The notes under the pieces were generated by a model. It was not told the DNA's origin, did no database searches, and saw only the letters and a list, made by a program, of their open reading frames with translations. A stretch of DNA of 64,000 nt. It comes from Takakia lepidozioides. Lineage: Eukaryota; Plantae; Bryophyta. The stretch spans positions 30,256,001 to 30,320,000 of the forward strand of contig CM060734.1 in assembly GCA_030704615.1 (NCBI GenBank), read 5' to 3'. Below, piece by piece: positions 1 to 12,058 of the stretch; positions within the stretch are counted from its first letter, which is position 1, and each line of letters begins with the position of its first letter. A program made the position numbers and the translations under genes.

Positions 1-54
1 GGATGCATGCATGATTTGTGCAGAGGCATGGATAGCTGAAAGAGCAGGGATAGA

Positions 55-3000
55 GTGTGGGTCCAGATTCATCCAAGAGGACCAGATTTCAAGCACAGGA
101 TTACCTATGATTCCCTGTGGATCAATAGCTACAAGAAACCTGCATGGGTAGATGGTCAACTAAAGGCAGCAGCTGCAGCGGTACAGGTTATAAAATCAGG
201 CACCTCAACCATGACCACAGCTTCTGGCAGAGGATCAAGAGAGGGAGTCCACAATGCCTCTTCTGGCACTTCTGGGCATGTGAAGATGCTTTGTGAGGCA
301 GGCAGACTGAAAGAGGCTCTACAGACTTTAAACCAAGGAGGCATTTCAGCAGATTCAGATACGTATGTCTGTCTCTTGCATAAGTGCATCAAGATGAAAG
401 GCCTGGAAGCTGGAAAGCAGGTGCACACTCACATTATCCAAAGTGGATTCACGCCAAATGTTTTTCTACTCAACACCCTTGTCAACATGTATGTTAAGTG
501 CAGGAGCATCATGGATGCTCACCAAGTGTTCAACAGAATGCCTCAACGATCTTTGATCACGTGGAATATAATGTTGGCAGGATTTACCAAGCATGGGTGT
601 GGTAGGAATGCTTTGGAGACCTATGAGCAAATGATGCGCGAAGGGGTGAAGCCCAACCACATCACCTTTGTTAGTGTTTGCAATGCGTGTGCAAGCCTGG
701 GAGCCCTGGAAAAGGGGAAAGAGGTCCATGGTGACATTCTCAAAGCTGGAATTGTACCAGATGTCATTCTGAACACTGCCCTGGTGGACATGTATGCCAA
801 ATGTGGGTGCATTGAGGATGCAAAGGGAGTTTTCAACACTATGGCTGAACGAGATGTGGTGTCGTGGAATGCGATGCTTGCAGGGTATGCACAGCAGGGA
901 CGTGGTATGGAGGCTTTGGAGACCTATGATCAAATGATGGGGGAAGGGGTGAAGCCCGACCACATCACGTTTGTGTGCATTTGCAATGCTTGTGCAAGCC
1001 TGGAAGCCCTGGAAAAGGGCAAAGAGGTGCATGGTGACAGCATCAAAGCTGGAATTGTACCAAATGTCATCCTGAACAATACCCTGGTGGACATGTACGC
1101 AAAATGTGGGTGCATCGAGGATGCAAAGGGAGTGTTTGACACTATGGCTCAACGAGATGTGGTGTCGTGGAGTGCGATGATTGCAGGATATGCACAGCAA
1201 GGGCGCGGGATGGAGGCTTTGGAGACCTATGAGCAAATGATGTGCAAAGGGGTGAAGCCCAACCACATCACGTTTGTGTGCATTTGCAATGCGTGTGCAA
1301 GCCTGGCAGCTCTGGAAAAGGGCAAAGAGGTCCATGGGGACATCGTCAAATCTGGAATTGTACCCGATGTAATTCTGAACACTGCCCTGGTGGACATGTA
1401 TGCCAAATGTGGGAGCATCGAGGATGCGAAGGGAGTGTTTGACAGTATGGCTGAACCAGATGTGGTGTCATGGGGTGCGATGATTGCAGGATATGCACAG
1501 CAGGGGCGCGGGATGGAGGCTTTGGAGACCTATGAGCAAATGATGGCGGAAGGGGTGAAGCCCAACCACATCACGTTTGTGTGCGTTTGCAATGCTTGTG
1601 CAAGCCTGGCAGCCCTGGAAAGGGCAAAGAGGTGCATGGTGACATCATCAAAGCTGGAATTGTACCAAATGTCATCCTGAACACTGCCCTGGTGGACATG
1701 TATGCCAAATGTGGGAGCATGGAGGATGCGAAGGGAGTGTTCAACAATATGGCTGAACGAGATGTGGTGTCGTGGAACGCGATGCTTGCAGGGTATGCAC
1801 AGCAGGGGCGCGGGATGCAGGCTTTGGAGACCTATGAGCAAATGATGGGTGAAGGGGTGAAGCCCGACCACATCACGTTTGTGTGCGTTTGCAATGCTTG
1901 TGCAAGCCTGGCAGCCCTGGAAAAGGGCAAAGAGGTGCATGGTGACATCATCAAAGCTGGAATTGTACCAAATGTCATCCTGAACACTGCCCTGGTGGAC
2001 ATGTATGCCAAATGTGGGAGGATGGCGGATGCGAAGGGAGTGTTCGACAATATGGCTGAACGAAATGTGGTGTCGTGGAACGCGATGCTTGCAGGGTATG
2101 CACAGCAGCGGCACGGGATGGAGGCTTTGGCGACCTATGAGCAAATGATGGGGGAAGGGGTGAAGCCCGACCACATCACGTTTGTGTGCGTTTGCAGTGC
2201 GTGTGCAAGCCTGGCAGCCCTGGAAAAGGGCAAAGAGGTGCATGGTTGCATCGCCAAAGCTGGAATTGTACCAGATGTGATTCTGAACAATACCCTCGTG
2301 GACATGTATGCCAAATGTGGGTGCATCGAGGATGCGGAGGGAGTGTTCGACTGTATGGCTGAACGAGATGTGGTGTCGTGGAGTGCGATGATTGCAGGAT
2401 ATGCACAGCAAGGGCACGGGATGGAGGCTTTGGAGACCTATGAGCAAATGATGGCGGAAGGGGTGAAGCCCAACCACATCACGTTTGTGTGCGTTTGCAA
2501 TGCTTGTGCAAGCCTGGCAGCCCTGGAAAAGGGCAAAGAGGTGCATGGTGACATCATCAAAGCTGGAATTGTACCAAATGTCATTCTGGACACTGCCCTG
2601 GTGGACATGTATGCGAAATGTGGGTGCATTGAGGATGCAAAGAGAGTATTTGACAATATGGCTGAACGAAATGTGGTGTCGTGGAACGCGATGATCGCAG
2701 GATATGCCCAGCATGGTTGTCATAGGGAGGTCGTGCAACTATTTGAAGGAATGCAAAAGAACGGCTTGAAGCCGGACAGTATCACCTTTATATGTGTTCT
2801 CTCTGCATGCAGCCACACTGGCCTACTGAATGAAGGAAGACGCTACTTTGATTCCCTGTGTCAAGATCATGGTGTCACTCCGACAGTAAAGCACTTTGGC
2901 TGCATGGTGGACCTTCTTGGACGTGCAGGACAACTGGATGAGGCAGTGGACCTGATTAATAAAATGCCAATCAATCCAGATGTTGTGATGTGGAAGGCCT

Positions 3001-3596
3001 TGCTTGGTGCCTGCAGAATCCATGGCAATGTGGAGATAGCTGAACGTGCGGCAACATCTATCCTCAAGTGGGATGAACAGGATGCCGCGACTTATGTGTT
3101 GCTCTCAAACATCTATGCTGCAGCTGGCAGGTGGGATGATACTGCAAAGGTGAGAAGAATGATGAAGGTCAGAGGGGTTAGAAAGGAGCCAGGTCGCTGC
3201 TGCATTGAGGTTGGCAACAGGGTGCACACCTTCGTTGTAGATGACAAGTTGCATCCCAGAATTAAGGAAATCCATGCTGAGCTGAGAAGATTGTCTGGGC
3301 AGATGAAGGAGGCGGGGTATGTGCCTGACACGCGCTTTGTATTGCATGATGTGGGGGAGGAGGAAAAGGAATTTTCTCTTTGCCACCACAGTGAGAAGCT
3401 AGCCATTGGTTTTGGGCTGATCAGCACGACTGCTAGGACGCCTCTCCATCTCATCAAGAATCTTCGAGTGTGTGGTGACTGCCACACCTCCACCAAATTC
3501 ATCTCAAAGATTGTTGGCCGAGCAATTGTTGTACGGGACGCTAACCGCTTTCACCACTTTGAAGATGGGATTTGTTCTTGTGGGGATTACTGGTGA
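55..3596 (+). CDS. PLS-class PPR protein with E1/E2 and DYW cytidine deaminase domain (organellar C-to-U editing factor); single-base frameshift at ~1620
   Basis: ORFs 55..1680 and 1581..3596 carry repeating P-L-S motifs (VVSWNAMLAGYAQQG / HITFVCVCNACASLAAL / VILNTALVDMYAKCG), then P2-L2-S2, E motifs, a PG-box-like PGRCCIEV, HSEKLA, CGDCH and terminal DYW. At 1619-1621 the repeat reads CTGGAAAGGGC versus CTGGAAAAGGGC in other copies. True start uncertain (first in-frame ATG at 211). Confidence 0.95.
610..2730 (+). repeat. ~7 tandem 303-bp coding repeats, one PLS triplet (101 aa) each
   Basis: GAGACCTATGA(G/T)CAAATGATG-like anchor recurs at ~616, 919, 1222, 1525, 1827, 2130 and 2433 (period 303, once 302). 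Confidence 0.95.
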
Positions 3597-4276
3597 AAGG
3601 ATGTTTTCTTGGAAAGATGCGAGTGTCTTGCTTCATTCATTGATCTGTGTAGCTACTCAGATCATCCACCATTTCCTGAGAGTATTGACCATGATGTACT
3701 GTTGAGTGCATTTCCTGTGGCATATCCACCGGAAATGATAGTGGGGTCTACCCGGCATAGGTGGGAAGTCAGCCCATAATTGCACTTGACTGAAGGGGTG
3801 ATATTGGACTGACTTTGGTGACAGTGGATGGAAATCAGAGTGCTGTCCTAATTCTGGGTTTGGGTGGTGGAGCTTCTCCAAAGCTTGAAGATACCAGGAG
3901 GGTCCTGGTAGTACAAAAATTTGAACCCGTCATCAACACTGATTTCGAAAACTAAGAAAAAACCTGGATTCCAGTACGTGTAGGGTATCAATAATGGCAC
4001 CATTGCAACTTAGGAACTCCAATATCAATAATGGTACAAAAACTCTCATACTGGTTAATATCACCTCCAGGTAAAGTACCACAAGAGCCAGATTCTAGAG
4101 ACATGCACACAACACAGCAAGTGAAGTGACATAAGGTACAAGCATAGTGCGAAAAATCCAAACTTGAAATTAACAAAGAATGTGTCTTTGATATGGTGCA
4201 AAATAGGAGACATGGAGTATCAGCCTCCATACTTGTACGGGAGGGGTGATACCAGCAAGGGTTTTGCAAGAGCTCC

Positions 4277-4302
4277 AACAACAACAACAACAACAACAAC
4301 AA
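4277..4302 (+). repeat. (CAA)n microsatellite
   Basis: caacaacaacaacaacaacaacaac seen directly. Confidence 0.9.
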
Positions 4303-6024
4303 TGTTGGAGAGGATACCAGGCAGCTAGGGTATCCCCCTCCCCCCACCCCTAACCCTAACTTCCAGGTAGGTTCTGGACAGAATTTGCTTCCTTCTTTGA
4401 ACAGTCTGGTTGGGGTTTGTAGGTGCCAGAGTTGGGCGGATGTTAACTTTTTTTAATATCCGTGGGCTTGGGGTATAAAGTTGTTTTGGTTTTAGATATG
4501 CGCCGGTTCCGGGTACTACTAACATGATAAACAGCGGATCCGGGTATGCAGTATGCACCGGTTCTTAATTTTAGGGCGGATATCCGCCGGGTATTGAACA
4601 AAAATGAATGCCAGTGTACACCACTTTGATGACCGTCATCAACAGTTGCAGCTTTGCTTTTGGGTGGGAACTGAGGGTTGCATTTCAAAAATAGACAAAA
4701 GTTCAGGATAGAAGCAGCTACAACAGTAAATTCTCCATGGTGTTTCATTTCATGGCACCAACCAGAAGGATGCCCCTGAAGGAGACAAGCTGGTTTATAG
4801 GCATTAAGAGTGCGGTATCCCATCCAGGTTCTAGAGAATGATACCTTCATTCTTTCGCAGACCGCATGAATTTTCTGCTTCTGGAGAGCCCATGTTCAGC
4901 TGTCTTTCGTTTATCACGGTTTTAAGATGTGATTTCATACTTCGAGCTCCGTGTGAGGGCAAGTGATCCGTAGCGCAGCGTGCGAGCCATTTGGTGTAGT
5001 ATACTTGTTAGTGTTCATGAGCATCAGTCTAATGAGGTCTACACATGACTACCCACACCACCACTATGCCCACCGAGCCACATTGTTTTGATCCAAACAA
5101 AATTAAAAGCTCCACTCTAGTTTCTACATCTCATCTACATCCTATTGGTATAGGCTTCCAGTGCTGTAGGGATTTACTCGAGCTTGTACAGGCGCGAGGA
5201 CAGATCACATCAGGAAGGCCGTGAAATGGTTTGCCCAGTGCATTTGAGTGTGAAGGAACAGCAGACTTTGACTATCTGTAATTAATTGATGAGTTCTCTA
5301 CCCTTGGGCAACTCCCCTCACTGTATGGACTTCAGAACCTCCTATCAATATTCACAAACAACAATACAATTGTGGAAGTAAATAATAGACTCATCTGGAT
5401 TAAGACTGTTGAATTTCCAATTTGCAATACAGCTGCCTTTGTGAAAACCCATATCCCATATCCAGGTAGACCATTGCTAGAATTTTACTAGCAGCTGCCA
5501 GTATTCCCGAGGTTGTTGATCTCAACAACCTTGGAGATAGCTCAAAAATATAAAGGTATTTCCTCAGAGTTGATTGACAATTGCCATACACTCAGAATCT
5601 CAATCAGTGGGCCACACCCACAAGTGACAGTTCCATAGGTGAGAAAACGAAACTGTTAAACCAACCCTCACTATCGCCACCAGAGAAGGCATCCTTGTCA
5701 CCATGACAATGGTCGCAAGAATGTAGACGCCTTCCATGTGTGACACGAGTATCTCACCTACAAGACCCCCTAAATTGATTCTGTATGCGAGGGTTGATTT
5801 CTCCCAATACCCTAGGGCCCAAGTCCAATAACGGATGAATCTGAACCAGGGACCTGGATGCTGGCACAGGGGAAAAAGTGGGACAAAGGGCACTGGGAAA
5901 AAGAAATAGCTCCTTGTACCAAAACTGACTGCTCAATTGATAGCCAACACTCAGACCAACATCGGCTGGTTATTGTGATTTGCTCAATTATCTGCTCCAC
6001 ATGGACGAAAAAGTGAGAAGCAAA

Positions 6025-9000
6025 TCATAGCTTGAGAAACACGAACTCCTCAATAGCCGTGATATCACCAATCTTTTGAAGCACTGCCTTTTGAGGCTCA
6101 TCGTCCACACCAATTGCCATGACTGCATGCTGGCGGGGGGAGGTTCGCCCCACACTCATGAAAGAGATGTTGACATTTTCTTCCCCCAGAATTGAGCCCA
6201 CTTTCCCAATCATACCAGGTTGGTCCACCTGCCGGCAGAGTATTATACTGCCTTCTAGACTAACATCCACACTAAAACTTCCCACTCTGGAAAGATAAGG
6301 CACCCCATCTTTCACCTTGCCTTCCAGGGTGATGTCCCCAGTATTTTCCATAAGTGCACTAGCGAATTTGGACTCCACATTGGCAATCTTCACCTGGAAA
6401 GACATAATCTCAGTTCAGTGATAAATCCAAACAATTCAGATTTCTCTAATTTTTTCTAGTTTCTCTGCCAAAAAACAATATAGATTTGTGAAGCTACCTG
6501 CCATTGGCTCTCTCCAGGACATAGAGAGCTTCAGCCCACACAACACCAAGAACCAAGTCTAATACTGGTCAGATATGCCAAGAACCTTTGTTAATGGAGG
6601 TTGCCCGAACTGTTTTTAGTCAGATGGGATGGTGACTCGATAAAGAAGTAAAGGGATCATCAGAGAGAGAATGAACTACTCGCTGCATACATACATACAT
6701 CAGTTTACGGAGATGTCCACTTGAACATGTGCAGCATAGTAGAATCTACACACGAACCTGGATTGTCTCCAGAGGGACTTCAATGGCACCATCTGATGGC
6801 ACCCGCTCCTCACTAATGCGCAGCCCCCGCTGTTTGGCAATGTAGTCAGCATTCACCAGGTTGATAAAAGCGCTGGACACTGGCTCAATCAGGCCCTTTG
6901 TAATCATGGCCCGAAGTAGACGAGTGTCAAAATTGTCATCAGCACGAGCCGAGACGTAAGTCACCTTGACATCCTTAATCCCAGCACCCCCTGAGACTAG
7001 CTGCACTGCAAGTCTTCCTAGCCTTTCTGCCAATGTGACATATGGTGCAAGCTCCACTAGAACCTGCAAATCAGCAGAATTATGAGTGACTAATTTCAAA
7101 ATCCTATGCATGGAAACGAAACAGATTTTTGCAGCAGCTAGCTACTGAGAGACGCTCCTCGCTTTTCACAGGAAAAACGTGAAAAGACACCGGTCCAGAG
7201 AGAGCATAGCTGCAGCCCTGCAGGTGATCTTGCAACAAATTTTCATTCTGCAAGTGTCTTACATGATACGGGGGGCTTGTTTGAGTTTCTGCAGCCTGCC
7301 TGGCAATACTTGCAGCAGAGCTTTAAGAACTGCACATTCATTTAAGTCAATAAGTTCTCACAAAACATGAGCAGATTAGGTGGACACCTCAGCGGGCACC
7401 ATGGGTGCATTCACAGCTGTCGCTGCAAGTTCACCCTGTAGGGCTCCCAGTACTGCTTCTGCAATTTCCACAGCCACCCCTTCCTGCATCATCCACAAGG
7501 AATACATCTCATGCAGTGTTTGTGGAGATCCAATGTCCATACTCCATGAAGAACAACATAGGCAGGCACATTCAAACGTTTGATCTCCTTCAGGAACACT
7601 GGACACATAAATGCCCTCCTTAAAGTTGGATCCAACCACTGGAAAAAGGAACAGGAGAAAGAGAGGGGGGGCTGCGCATGCCTGGGCTTCAGTAGTGCTG
7701 GCACCCAGATGAGGAGTCACAACCACAGCCTCATGTTGGACAAGATTGTTATCCTTTTCTGGAGGCTCCACAGTGAACACATCCAATGCCGCCTGTCATT
7801 GCACATGAAGAAAGTGCGGATTATCTTCCAAAGGGGTCATGACACTGTAAATAACAACAAGACTCCTTCATTGACCTAGGGATATTAATGTTACTTGTTG
7901 ACCAGAATTTGGGCTCCCTCAGACATCTAAAGACTTCACAAAGTTTACCTGGGTAGTGACACACAAATTGTTGACCCACATTCCTTCTTAAAATGGTTAC
8001 AGATATACTTCGGAACCAAATTCACAAACCCTCCCAGATTGGTACTGATCTCTCCAGGACAGATAACTTGCCAGATGACTAACAAACCCCCAAAAATCCC
8101 AGATGCAATCCAGGTAGTTGCCCTAAACTTGACAGTGATCTGTCAGCCTGTGACTCCTCTCCCTTAGCTCTCCAACCTTATGAGCTCTCTGTTTTGCTAA
8201 GCACACATAACTCAACGAACCAACACACAATCAAATCAAATGTTCTCACTGACAAGGCACAAGTTTGTGCGTACCTGAGCAACAATACCACTGTCAAGAG
8301 CTCGCACCAGTGCGTCCTCATCGATGACACCCCCGCGAGCCACATTAATAATACGCACCCCCTTCTTGCATTTTTGGAAGCTCTCATCATTGAAGATTTT
8401 GTCAGTGGAAGGAGTCAAAGGCATGTGCAGAGAGATGAAATCTGAGCATGCCAAGGCGTCATCAAAACTGACCAATTCAACCCCACTAGCACGAGCACGT
8501 TCTGCTGAGGCATAGGGATCGTGGGCTATGACATGCATTCCCAGGCCCTTGGCACGACGTGCAACCTCAGAACCCACTTTGCCAAATCCCATGACTGCAA
8601 GGGTTTTGTCTACCAGCGACACACCCACATATTTGTTGCGCTGCCACTTTCCTGCACATAAATCCAACCATCCACAGTATATCAGTCCATAGAAAGGCCT
8701 TTTCGGCAAACCTGATACCTTCAGCAGAACCTGGCAACAGAACCCTTGGCCAGGTAACCTTGAAGATCCGATCCGGAAAGACAAACTTTCAGCTGAAGAT
8801 GTTGAGGGATCAAACCCAGCCTAGGAACCTATCGTCATGGGGCAGCTACTGAGCTACTTGAGTTTGGGACAGAAAAAGGGTTCCAGGGTGAGATACAGCT
8901 GTCAAGAGGGGGTGTCCCTCAAAAAATTTCAGCCACAACATTGCAAAGCCGTTAAACCTAATGCAAAAGGGAAGAATATTTTCCAACATTTCTCCATACA

Positions 9001-10506
9001 TTCAGCTCGCACTCTCACACACTGGGAAATCCACAGACCAGAATATGTGGCAGATGCATGCAGATACAAACAAACGGAAAAGCACCTACCAGCCTTCATG
9101 GAGGCATTAGCCTGTGCAACATTGCGAGAAAGTGATGTGAGTAGCGCAATGCCATGCTCAGCAGCAGCCACAGTGTTAGCAGTTGGGGCATTCACCACCA
9201 AGCATCCAACTTCAGTTGCTGCTTGCAAGTCCACGTTGTCAATTCCTACCCCTGCCCTGCCCACAACCTGCATATACTCCGCCCCATTTCAAATAGAAAC
9301 TGTGACTACTTACTCACAAACCAGAGACACAAAGACCAACCAATGTCTCGCAGGCACCTCCGATGAAAGTGTCATGCAACTCAGCATCATGCAACTATAG
9401 CCAACTTCAAGACTGAAGTGGATGGTGCATCTATCACTGACACATCCTCTCACCAGGATAGATCGTTTTGCTATTTATTCTTCACTAGTCTTTCAATTCA
9501 CTTTGTCCGCTGGATATATATTGACTGAACTAATGTGTGTGACGGTACTCAACCTGGTTGTGAATTCAGTCAATAAATCCCGGTTATCCAACATCTATTG
9601 ATAACAACAAAAACTAATGAACACCAAAAAACCATGGGTAGGACAACTACTTAAACTTTGCTAAACTTTTTGTTGACTGGAAAGGAAGTACGTGACAGAC
9701 CTCTCTCAGCAAAACAGAAGCATGAAAGCGTCGTATAGAATTCCAAATACTACAGATAGTAGGTCTTGAAATCATCGTAAATGCATTGGATGACATATTC
9801 AAATGCAATCGAAGCAGGAATGCCCCTAACACTTCCAGGAAGATAGCGACAGATGTCAAAGGACAATGACATTCTTCTGGAGCTCGGACCATTTCCGAGT
9901 AAATGAGTAGCTACATAGATCACTTCTGACAAAAACGTTTGATGTCCTCTCCCCTCTGGAAACTAAAAATCGCTGAATGCAAAAGAAAGGGAAAAAAAAA
10001 CGAATGCTGCTGACCTTCAACCGGCCATTGGAAGCCTCGAATACCTCGCGGGTGACCTTGGTTCCACTCCGCACGATCAAGGCATCGCAGAGAGAGATCT
10101 TACTGCAAAGCTCCTCCTGGGTAAGATTGAAGGAGCAATCCACATTGGCAACCTTCCTCAACAGTTCCATCCCCGCCTCCCCGAGTTTTTCAGCCACCAG
10201 AACCGTTGGCTTCCCCAGGACGTCTACAGTCTGTGGGCGGGTGGCCACTGCAGCAGAGTTGGCAGCCGCCACTGTCGCTCTTGCACAACTTTGCTTCGCG
10301 ACCCACCTTCGGCAGGCCACAGTTACGGCAGCCGAGGTCGATGGAGTCACAATCTTGAAGGAAGCAAACGACGAGAGATGACTCTGGGAACCACCAGCCA
10401 TCGCCGGAGCAGCAGAGACCTTCGAAGACACTTGCAGCACAGCACCTCCTTGCACAGCTGCTTGTGCGCCTCCCAACGCAGCCACGGTTGCACCCAAGGC
10501 AGCCAT
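6025..10506 (-). CDS. PGDH: D-3-phosphoglycerate dehydrogenase, plastid type; 7 exons (10506-10015, 9267-9090, 8651-8275, 7792-7682, 7483-7388, 7063-6758, 6393-6025)
   Basis: Ala/Ser-rich transit-peptide-like N-terminus, [38 protein letters not shown] Rossmann motif, [15 protein letters not shown] and C-terminal ACT domain (VDQPGMIG). Splice sites keep the frame; intron 4 has a GC donor. Confidence 0.95.
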
Positions 10507-12058
10507 GCTAGAGAAACCCAACAAGAGATAGAACGCAAACACACAGTCCCAAGAGAGCACCAACCTCTCGGGAAGAGCCTGCGACACTGTAGTGTGCTCA
10601 CGTGAAGTTACATTTCTGCGCAGACATTATAACCTGTACGCCTCCCCCTCTCCGCACGAGGGGTCACCCTAGCCCACCCTCGCCCGAGCCCACCCAGCCA
10701 CGACAGTCAACTTCGGTCAATCTCCTCTTCCTTTTAGGCTATCTCACTCATCATCAACACTTCCATTCAAGTCTTCTTCGTCCTACTTACATGCCTCTGC
10801 TGACTTATGTCACGGCGCAGTGGGCCGGACCACTGTTATGTATGATGCCCTGTGTCATCCATCCAATTCACTGACTAATGCCCACTGCGACTGTCGTCTC
10901 TGCAGAAAAACCAATCAGGGACTGAGTACCTACAGTTAGGCAGGCCCAGCAGGAAAGCATATGCAGGTGCAGAATCAAGCATATATCATGTGTCAGAGAA
11001 TCTCGATGAATCAGAGGCAACACTCCTGCTGCTGCCTGCTGCCACCCTAAAAAACAATGTCCCGGGGGGCAGAGTGAGTGAGATATTAAGAGGAGACTTG
11101 GACCCACACCCTCGCCTTTCCGTTGTGTTCCTGCTCCAAGGACAGCCAACAAATTTGGCAGACAAGGATCCGTATGCTTCCTCCCGGCCTTCGATAGCTG
11201 TAGGGCGAGCAGCTTTGCTTGCCATTCTCTCCGATCTATTACATGGATTGTTCTACCCCTCGACGTTGTTTGTGTAATGTGGATTTGAAGGATAGGCTTG
11301 GATTGACAGAAACTAGTACAGGGCCTTGCCAGCCAAAGAAGCACTTGGTAGCTTGGAGACCTCGATCCCTCTGGACGCTGGCCCTTCACTCTGTTCATAT
11401 AAGAGACTCCGCAGACCTCGGAGAAGCAAATGGATTGACCTGAACAAATCCATGGAGGAGTTACCAAGGACCACCATGAGCTAGAGGATACTGTTGCCAT
11501 AATCAACTATGAGAAAGGCATACTTTACAGGAAACTTTCTTAATGAACAAGTGGTGCAAAGCATCTTCCTCGCCATTCTGCAGCCAATATTTAGGCACCT
11601 GTATTTCCACTTGGGATGAAACTTACTGAATACATCATAACTTGATGCAGCCTGACTCAGTCTCAGTAGGCTTCAGGTCACAAGTTTAAAAAGGGAATGA
11701 AGCTGATCATATTCTTAGCTCAGAATTTGGGTCTTTGCCAAAACACTGAAAATGCCGTTTAGTCAGCCATCACTAGCTAGATTATACAGCCCAAGCCTGA
11801 TTACAAAGTGACAGTATTTGCCGTGAATAGATGAATGATCAAATCTGGCCCAACCTTAATACCTGTGAATCTATAAGCACCTACGGCCTTAGTGGGAGGT
11901 TTTGATCCAAGCCCACCACTATATGTACCAATTGAAGAGCCAGGCTATCTCTCCATTTGTGGGTAAGACTTCAGTGCCCACATTCACAGCTGCATTCCTG
12001 CTTCTGTCTACACAACAGCAGGGTCATGATTGCTCGAGTCCAGCAAGACCATCAACCA

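Noticed and set aside
466-2738. Long antisense ORFs (289 aa and 402 aa) over the PPR array
   Set aside because: Shadow frames of a repetitive coding sequence with no independent motifs.
4312-4600. Small hairpin GGATACC..GGTATCC, CCCTAACCCTAAC and CCGGGTA-like motifs suggesting a telomere seed or hAT remnant
   Set aside because: Only two telomere-like units, and no paired TIR or TSD found.
10868-11506. 212-aa minus-strand ORF upstream of PGDH
   Set aside because: Non-ATG start, no motif, and composition typical of intergenic DNA.
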